From positions 930,001 to 994,000 of the forward strand of contig OX337238.1 in assembly GCA_946965045.2 (NCBI GenBank): DNA of 64,000 nucleotides. Direction: 5' to 3'. The position numbers and the translations under genes are program-made. The DNA comes from Epithemia pelagica. Lineage: Eukaryota; Protista; Bacillariophyta. Numbering within the stretch: the first letter of the stretch is position 1; every line of letters starts with the position of its first letter. Below are positions 56,435-64,000 of this stretch, piece by piece. Below the pieces are notes generated by a model that was not told where the DNA came from, made no database searches, and was given only the letters and a program-made list of their open reading frames with translations.

Positions 56435-57717
56435 AGTGACTGACACGACCACCTACTCACTCTTGCAATTGTGTGGATTGGGTTTGGTTCCTAGACGGTC
56501 GACTACCACCTACGATGTGCTCTCGCTCTCTCCGAGATGGAAACACGCCGGTCCTTTCCACCACACCACAACTTTACGACCTTGACCTTGTCCAATGTTG
56601 TTGTTGTTGATGATGATTGTTTCTGCGCATTCACACCAACCAAACCATACGAGAGATGACAGCAGAGGAGGAGCATCCTATCAACACAGAATCACCCAGC
56701 CGAAATGGATTTGTTATTTGATGAAAGCGGCGGAGGAGACCAACGGATCGATTGGGGAAGGGCATAAGTGTTTCAACGGATCTCTCGTGTAGATAACTCT
56801 TAGCTCCCATCGCTATACTTAAATAATCGCCATCCAGCCTGGGTCATTCTATTTGACTTCTATATGTGCCAAATATTTCTAAGTATCTTTGTAGTTTGCT
56901 GTACAAGAACCATCTAAGTATGCATATCTCGCTGCTCCCCCCAAATGCCTCTAACAAATCACTCGCAGGATGTCGCCAAGCCGAAACCTACTTAGAAGGC
57001 TGCCCCCCAACGACTCGCAAAAAAGTGTCACACGTGTGAACGGAACCTCGCGACAACGGCGAACGGCGTGCGCACGTTGTGGTTGTGTGGCGCGTGTCAC
57101 TCTGAGGAAACCAGTACGGCCCTCCGAATCCGCGCCTCGCCTACCCGACCCAAAAGTGTACGACAGTACACCACAATCCAACGACAATCCATAGCGCGGT
57201 AAACGCTCACTCTTGGCAACCACACCACCCGAGACACAAAAAATTTTGGTACAGAGAAAGAGCGAGAGAAGACGAGTGAAACAAGAGAGCGAGGAGAGAG
57301 AGAGAACAAAACATCCAAACAACAACAAATCATCCACAACATCACTCATTCAACAGCTTGTCGAGGGGTGGTGGTATTCCTGCCGCTGCGGATGAATCAA
57401 AGAGGCACTTTGTGAAGAATATCATCCAAGAGCACTTTGGGAATCCATCCATCCATCCATCCAAACAGCAACGAGCTTTTTGGTTGTCTGAATGGTGGCA
57501 TCGAAGAGACAATCTATCCGCACTACAACATCATCGATCGACCCATACATACATACATCTATAACAGATACACTGTGTGAATCGTTGTGGGTGTGGCAGA
57601 TTTTGGCAGCCGTTCCCAAAAGCTTGTTGTTCCCATCTCGACACTGAAATTGAATCGGTCTTGTTGTTGGTTGTTGTTGGGGCGTTGGAACCACCACAAC
57701 CACACCTGCCGCTCATC

Positions 57718-60700
57718 ATGCCCGAACCACGACGCTCCCATCGTCGTCGTCCTCATCAAATCCAAAGTCGCCCTTCAGGATCCTCCTCCTTGTCATCCGC
57801 ATCGTCCTCGTCTTCCTCCTCTTCTTCTTCTTCTTCTTCTTCCTCCTCCTCTTCTTCCCAGTCATCGTCTGGCTCGACCTTGTCAAGTCGTCCTCCCAGT
57901 CGCAGCCACAACCACACGGGAGGAGGAGGAACCGGCCGGGTGGTCCGCAAAACGACTCCTTCCCAGGGTCGTTCCAAAAGAAGACCAAGGAGCAGTCTGA
58001 TGCAATCTCCCAGTGGAGGTACCACCACCACCACAAGCAGTGTCGCCACGCCGCCCCCTCCTGCCGCCCGGAAAAAAGAAGGAGCTCCTCCTTCTGCCAC
58101 AACCACAACAACGACGACAACAAGACCCGAACCAGCAACCACTACGACTAGTACTAGTACGAGTGCCGAAGCAACAGGAGGATGGATGATGAGCATGTGG
58201 TCGGGGTGGAATTCTCCTCCTTCCTCCTCGGCCACTGCCCCTGCCACGACCGAGAAGACAACAACGACGACATTTCCTGTAGGAGCAGCAGTGACCAAAA
58301 CACCATCGTCCTCCAAAAAACCAACCAAGCCATCCAAACAACAACCCCAAGTACCACGGCACCGACGACGACGACCAGGACAATCTCATCAGGCAACCAC
58401 CGACGCCAATAATAAAAAGAAACCACCCTTGCCCACCACCATTGCCTATCCCCACAAACAACAACAACAACAGGATACCGAGGACCGCACGTCTCGGCCC
58501 ACCGTATCGGTGGTGAAATCGGTCTCTCCCAAGACGACAACAACAAGAACAACGACAAGTGGAACCCCTCCAAGCACCACCACCAAGGCGGTTCCTCCTA
58601 CCAATACAGTATTGACACGCAAAGGAAAACCACGCTTGTCGTCGTCGTGTTCCTCGTATTTTCAAGAATGGACCTTGGATGCCGGTGTCCTGAAACAGCA
58701 ATTTAGTTTTTCCGTCGGCCATCATCCAGAGGAGGTACAAGACTATTCCCGTGCCATGGCAGGGGGTGATTCGCAGACGCTCGAGTACGACAATGACGAA
58801 GATGCCTTTGAAGATATTTTGGAATTGGGAGAAGATTTTGACAATGTTCAAGCCTTTTACGAAGCCTATCACAATCAAAAACAGGCCCTTCAACAACGGC
58901 TCTTGTTGCCGCCGCCGCAAGGCAGTACGAAATCGAAACCGGGTCGTACCGGGGGACCGCCACTGTTGCAGGAGGAAAACCAGGGTGATGAAACCAGCCA
59001 TGGCATTCGCGAACCAGCTCCCGACTCGCCACCCTCTGCGGCGGCATCCCCGTCCTCCTACATGGCAGCAGCGGCGGCGGCCAAGAAACAACAACAACAA
59101 GCGACCGGAGGAATGTGTACGCCAACCTTTTGCTCCCCCACCTCGGTCATGTACTCGACCATGTCACCCCCACGATCCTCGTCAACTAACCAACAACGAC
59201 AAGATTTGGACCCTTTGGAAAGGGTCAGTGAACCACCCCTGTACAATCCCTTGTCGGCAATCATCTCCAAACGCTTGTTTGGTCGTTCCGGAAATGACGA
59301 CCAAGACGACGACGACCAGCTCGAAGAATCCTCCATTCTCACGGGAGACAGCAAACGCAAGCGGAAACGGGGGAGTGACAGTGCAACCCAACAACAACAA
59401 CCACAGTCATCTCTTTCGCAACGAGCCATGCGCCAACAGTACCAAACACCACCACAAGTACGTCCACCTCCTCCTCCACGTGATTTGGAAAAGGAAGCCA
59501 CCTTGGCATTTTCCAGTCCCACCTCCATGGCGGCCCGTCGATTGGGCAAACGAGGAAACTTGTGGGCCCATCGACCATCCCATCCAGATCAGCAACACCA
59601 ACACCAACAACTCTTGTCGTTTGCCTCAATGGAAGGAGAAGACGCACCCACACGAGCCACGATTCACTGCACGGTGCCCAAACGACGGTTGCCCCCTCCG
59701 CAGACACCGCCCAACCCCAAAATTTTTGAACAAATGAATCAAGTCTTGCAAGTCACACCGACCAACCCACTGGTCGATGAAGCCAATGCCGCCGAATTGC
59801 GAAAACGCCGACAAGAACGAGAACGTCTCAAGAAACAACACGAGGCCTTGATGGCACGGATGCGAGAGGATCCCAAGGCGGCTCCCCGTCTCGTAAGTTT
59901 GGTACAACCGCAAATTCGTCGGTATTTGGCCCAAACCAAGTACCAACGACAGCGGTCCAGCGCACGATGCATTCAAAAGCAGTACCGCAAGTATCGCCAC
60001 ATTCAACGGCAACGACAAATTCATTGTGAGCGACTAAAACGGATTGCGGCCATTGCCTCACGACAAGCCCTGGAACAACATCGCCATCAACACACCTGGA
60101 CCATGACGACCATGGAGCGGAGGTACCACGCCGCGGATATCATTGGAAGAAACGTGTTGCGCTATTACAGACACACGGTACGGGCGCGACAAATGGCCTT
60201 TTGGAACGAACGACAACGGGCTGTCGGGGCCTTTGAGGAACAACAACAAGATTGGGCGGCATCGTTGATTGCTCAAGCGTGGTTGGATAGCCGAGACCGA
60301 AGAACACGCCAAGCTTTGATGTACATTCAACAACGCTGGGCAGCGCGGGTTATTTTCCGTGTCATGTGCCGTTTCCACGTCATGAATCGAGCCAGAAAAC
60401 AACAGCTGGCATTCCATCAATGGATGGCGCAACAGAGATATTTTGCGGCGCTGGTGATTCAACGAGTCATGCGATATTACCACCATCGCCAGAACATGAA
60501 ACGCCAGACTGCTGCGGCCCTCATAGCTCGAGCCTGGCGACAGCAACGGTCACGACAAATCTTGAATCGCAGAGTTCGCCTGGGACGGTATCGACGCCGT
60601 GGGGCGGCGGCCAAAACCATCTATCGAGCATTTGTCCACAATCACGCGCAAAATGTGTTGCAGCGCCGTGTGCAAGAACGCAGGGCTTCCTTTGTCATCA

Positions 60701-62151
60701 CTCGCGCCTTTTATCGCTTCTACTTCGTGCGTGCTCTCAAACCTCTTTTGATGGAACATAAGATCCAACGACAAGAAGTACTTGACGATGCGGCTCGGGT
60801 TGTGACGAGGACCATTTCAAAACATGCGATGAGTCGTAAGATTGCCAAGCGTCAACAACAAGACAGAGAAAACGCAGCGGCAATCATGATCCAGCGTGCA
60901 TTTTCTCGTTTCTTTTTCCTTCGATCAATGGAACGAAAGATTGAATTCTCCAAGCAACGTCGAGAACGTGCACGCCACGAGGCGGCAATTGTTATCACTC
61001 GCGCGGTGTGTCACATGTCCTTCCACAAACGGTTTGATCGCAAAATCAAGGATCGCAAGCAGCGAGAAGAACAACGACGCAAAGAAGCGGCCGTGATTCT
61101 GTCTCGGGCCATGAGGCACTTTTACTTCTTGAGTTACCTTGACCGCAAGACGGCCCCTCGCAGACAACAACGCGAACAGAAAGAGCATACATCCGGACGA
61201 GTTATCCTGCGTTTCCTCTCTACAATCCACTTTCGAAAAACAGTGGAACGGAGAATTGCCATTCGTCGGGAGCAACGGAGACAGCATCGAGCTTCTGAGA
61301 TGATGGTGGAGGGGACTTGTACTTCAAAGTTATTTCAGCACGTCTTGGAGCGCAAATGGACTCGAGCAAACCCCAAACAACGTGCCTCTGCGCGGATCAT
61401 TACTAGAGCCTTTGCTCAGCATCGATTTCGTCGGGTGCTTGAGCGAAGAATTGCGGAACGTGAAAGACGAAAGAGACAGGCTGCCGCCTCTGTAATCACT
61501 CGCGTGTTTGTCCATGTTCGATCTCAACGCATCCTCGACGGCAAAATTGCTCAACGAAAGCAACAGCACTTGGAACAGTCTTCGGCCCTCGTTATTACTC
61601 GTGCATTTGCTTGTTTACGCTTTCGTCGGATCTTGTCCCGTAAGATTGAGCATCGCAGAGAAGGTCAAATCAAAAAATTCCAGTCGGACGTGGAGGCTGC
61701 TGCCGCCGAGATTATTTTTCGAGCGTTGTCGTACCACTATGCTCGTACGAATGTGATTCGTCGATTGCAGAGAAAGAAACATGCTCGAGAACAGTTGGCG
61801 GCCCGAATGATGGAGCGGATGAAGAAACTGCAACGAGATTTGTTCCAATTGCCACAAGAGGGCCAAAACGACACACATACAGAGTACGAACAAAAACAAG
61901 GACGTGAAGGCGAAGAAAAGACAACCCCGCTCTCATCTCAATTACATCAACAAAACTTTTCCTTGTTTGCTTCTGAACGTCTCAGGCAATTTCAGATGGA
62001 AAGCAAACGTCAAGATCAGGTTCGGTCGAGTGCCAAGGAGAGATTTCGAACTGGCGTCCGCCGCAAAACACGCATGATCTTGCAACGACACAGGCAACGG
62101 CAGCAACGAAAGCAGCCTCCTATTGCATCTTCTCAACCCACCAATGAGTAA
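57718..62151 (+). CDS. Low-complexity protein with a long C-terminal array of IQ-like repeats
   Basis: Single ORF; first ATG at 57718. About 20 IQ/IT-type motifs, e.g. VQPQIRRY, CIQKQYR, AAIMIQRAF, ARIITRAF, ALVITRAF. Confidence 0.85.
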   Translation: MPEPRRSHRRRPHQIQSRPSGSSSLSSASSSSSSSSSSSSSSSSSSSQSSSGSTLSSRPPSRSHNHTGGGGTGRVVRKTTPSQGRSKRRPRSSLMQSPSGGTTTTTSSVATPPPPAARKKEGAPPSATTTTTTTTRPEPATTTTSTSTSAEATGGWMMSMWSGWNSPPSSSATAPATTEKTTTTTFPVGAAVTKTPSSSKKPTKPSKQQPQVPRHRRRRPGQSHQATTDANNKKKPPLPTTIAYPHKQQQQQDTEDRTSRPTVSVVKSVSPKTTTTRTTTSGTPPSTTTKAVPPTNTVLTRKGKPRLSSSCSSYFQEWTLDAGVLKQQFSFSVGHHPEEVQDYSRAMAGGDSQTLEYDNDEDAFEDILELGEDFDNVQAFYEAYHNQKQALQQRLLLPPPQGSTKSKPGRTGGPPLLQEENQGDETSHGIREPAPDSPPSAAASPSSYMAAAAAAKKQQQQATGGMCTPTFCSPTSVMYSTMSPPRSSSTNQQRQDLDPLERVSEPPLYNPLSAIISKRLFGRSGNDDQDDDDQLEESSILTGDSKRKRKRGSDSATQQQQPQSSLSQRAMRQQYQTPPQVRPPPPPRDLEKEATLAFSSPTSMAARRLGKRGNLWAHRPSHPDQQHQHQQLLSFASMEGEDAPTRATIHCTVPKRRLPPPQTPPNPKIFEQMNQVLQVTPTNPLVDEANAAELRKRRQERERLKKQHEALMARMREDPKAAPRLVSLVQPQIRRYLAQTKYQRQRSSARCIQKQYRKYRHIQRQRQIHCERLKRIAAIASRQALEQHRHQHTWTMTTMERRYHAADIIGRNVLRYYRHTVRARQMAFWNERQRAVGAFEEQQQDWAASLIAQAWLDSRDRRTRQALMYIQQRWAARVIFRVMCRFHVMNRARKQQLAFHQWMAQQRYFAALVIQRVMRYYHHRQNMKRQTAAALIARAWRQQRSRQILNRRVRLGRYRRRGAAAKTIYRAFVHNHAQNVLQRRVQERRASFVITRAFYRFYFVRALKPLLMEHKIQRQEVLDDAARVVTRTISKHAMSRKIAKRQQQDRENAAAIMIQRAFSRFFFLRSMERKIEFSKQRRERARHEAAIVITRAVCHMSFHKRFDRKIKDRKQREEQRRKEAAVILSRAMRHFYFLSYLDRKTAPRRQQREQKEHTSGRVILRFLSTIHFRKTVERRIAIRREQRRQHRASEMMVEGTCTSKLFQHVLERKWTRANPKQRASARIITRAFAQHRFRRVLERRIAERERRKRQAAASVITRVFVHVRSQRILDGKIAQRKQQHLEQSSALVITRAFACLRFRRILSRKIEHRREGQIKKFQSDVEAAAAEIIFRALSYHYARTNVIRRLQRKKHAREQLAARMMERMKKLQRDLFQLPQEGQNDTHTEYEQKQGREGEEKTTPLSSQLHQQNFSLFASERLRQFQMESKRQDQVRSSAKERFRTGVRRKTRMILQRHRQRQQRKQPPIASSQPTNE

Positions 62152-62348
62152 AAAGACTCGAAATTTCTGTTCTTATAGCAATGTATGTAGTATCTTAACT
62201 TAAGGTTTGGTGGATCGTTTCTTTTTTCTTGTTTTTTGGATTCACTTTGACTAATAATCTAAGTATAGCACAAGATGGATTCTAACCCGAACTGGGTATT
62301 AGTTCGACGTGAATCTTTGCATGAGGAGGACTCGGACGTGCACATTCT

Positions 62349-64000
62349 TTACCGTCGCAACGACTGCAACAAGGAGAGTGCCGCAGAACTATTGCCTGCA
62401 CGCAGATTACAGTACAAGAGTGCCCGACGAGACACGGACCGATTCGCCCACGGATCTTCCGCAACAACGGAGAAGTGATTCCCAACAGTGGTAGTTGCTG
62501 CAGTTGTATTTTGCGATGGAAACACTCCTCCTCCTCCAGAGGAATTGCCGATACCGGTAGTTGTAGGTGTCGCCGCCACGGCACCACTAACGGTCAAGGC
62601 ATCCTCCATGGCTTGGGCCGACATGGCCAACTGTTTAGCCACTGTCATATTCTGAGGCCCTCCCAAGGTCGCAGTTACAACACTGGTGGTTGCTCGTACC
62701 AAGGTCTGAGCCCGCGCCAAACGCCGTTTGCCCAACCGGGACACCGCCGCTGTTTCAATCGTCACACCCGCCAGATCGGACGCCAATCGATCCAACCAGG
62801 CATTATTGTTGCCATTGTTTTCCGATGGCATGACCTGAGACTGGACGTTGTTGTTGTTGTTGTTGTGGACCAAATACTTCATGGCTTGTGGAGCATCCCC
62901 CAAACAACAGGCCGCTTCTGCTGCGTACATACGCGCTGTGGCATACCGACGCGAACGGAGACTTTCTCCCAAATTATTTGTGGTCGAAGACGTAGAAGGA
63001 GACGACGACAAAGTTTGACTGTCACTCCTCGGAGGAGATTCACCGTTTGGGAGAATAGATTGGGCAAGATCCAAGGCGCGGTCGTATTCTCGGTTCAGCA
63101 GGCATAGATAAGCCAAGGATAAGCGAGCTGCTTCTTGGACATTCTCCGACATGGCAGCATCGACATCCTTCTTCTCAGGGAACAATGACCCATCCACAAG
63201 GTGTTCCAAGGCCCAGCGGGCTCGTTTCAATGGGTGTCGCGAAAACCACTCCAAATCTTGGGCACTGGCCAACTCGGGCAACGCCTTGTCCTCAGCCGGA
63301 ACGTCGATGGAGATTTCACCGTCCAACGACGGACCAATCACCAACCCTCGAGGCTCTCTGTTCCCAAAGTAGAGGACCAACAAAACCATACATACATACG
63401 AACAGACAAGGGTGAGACACACTTTCGCAGGATACCATCGCTGAGAATGCCTGGAATAATACCTACCCTTCGACACGAATGGCCCTTGCATTGTAGGGAT
63501 CCGTCGCATCTCCCATGGATGTTTGTTGCTGCTGTTGTTGTTGATGGTAAATGCCCAAACACGCTTCGGCCAATCGCAACCACAGGAGCAGCGTCCGACC
63601 ATGGCCCAACGTACTCATGGTATTGTTGTTGTCACCTTGAGTCTGCTGTTTTTGTTCTTGCCGGAGGCAAATGGCAAAACACTGATAGGAGGCTTCAAAT
63701 TTGCGGGCTTGCATGGCACAAAGAGCAGCATTCCAAATGGTGGACAAGGTTTGGACCGGCGCCGCAGTTCCATCGGAGCCAAACAAGACGTGAGAAGGAG
63801 TTTGCTGTTGCTGCAACTTGGGTCGGACGAAAATGGTCTTGGCCAAGACATGCCAGGCCAAGTATTGTTTATGATGAGTCTGATAAATCAAGGCCAAATT
63901 ATTGGCATGAATGTCCTGATAATAATCGTCCTTGCCGTTGTTGTTGTTGTTGTTGCTTGTTTTGCCAGTGGCAACCACAGAAGTCGTGGTGGTAGTATCC
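62349..64000 (-). CDS. CNOT10: CCR4-NOT complex subunit 10 (TPR protein), 5'-truncated by the window edge
   Basis: Exons 64000-63467 and 63357-62349 (intron GTAGGT...AACAG). CNOT10-like LWLRLAEAC, LAYLCL, MYAAEA, and a C-terminal LLYCNLRAGNSSAAL. Confidence 0.75.

Overview
Eukaryotic nuclear DNA: GT-AG introns of about 65-125 bp, many (CAA/ACA)n-type low-complexity coding tracts, and no operons, rRNA, intact tRNA or CRISPR. Composition and gene content look like a diatom or another stramenopile, which is an inference. The window holds about 16 protein-coding genes: a 5'-truncated Crinkler-like NTPase+REase ORF, a pectin-acetylesterase/Notum-ABCG fusion, two Kelch-coiled-coil paralogs, a GH130/GT91-like propeller, a 7-exon ABCC transporter, an alpha-carbonic-anhydrase-like membrane protein with EF-hand-like motifs, three IQ-motif low-complexity proteins, three further low-complexity proteins, METTL26/DUF938 and a 5'-truncated CNOT10. 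It also holds three pseudogenes or fragments (Kelch, a second esterase-ABCG copy, a phosphatidylinositol-synthase 5' fragment). The most interesting signals are: (1) the esterase-ABCG fusion, present as a tandem pair; (2) a 264-bp tRNA-headed, T-tailed element between perfect 17-bp direct repeats (candidate SINE); (3) a receptor-like carbonic anhydrase homologue that has lost two zinc ligands; (4) two short motifs shared among otherwise unalignable neighbouring low-complexity proteins. All family calls come from motif recognition by eye; no database search was run.
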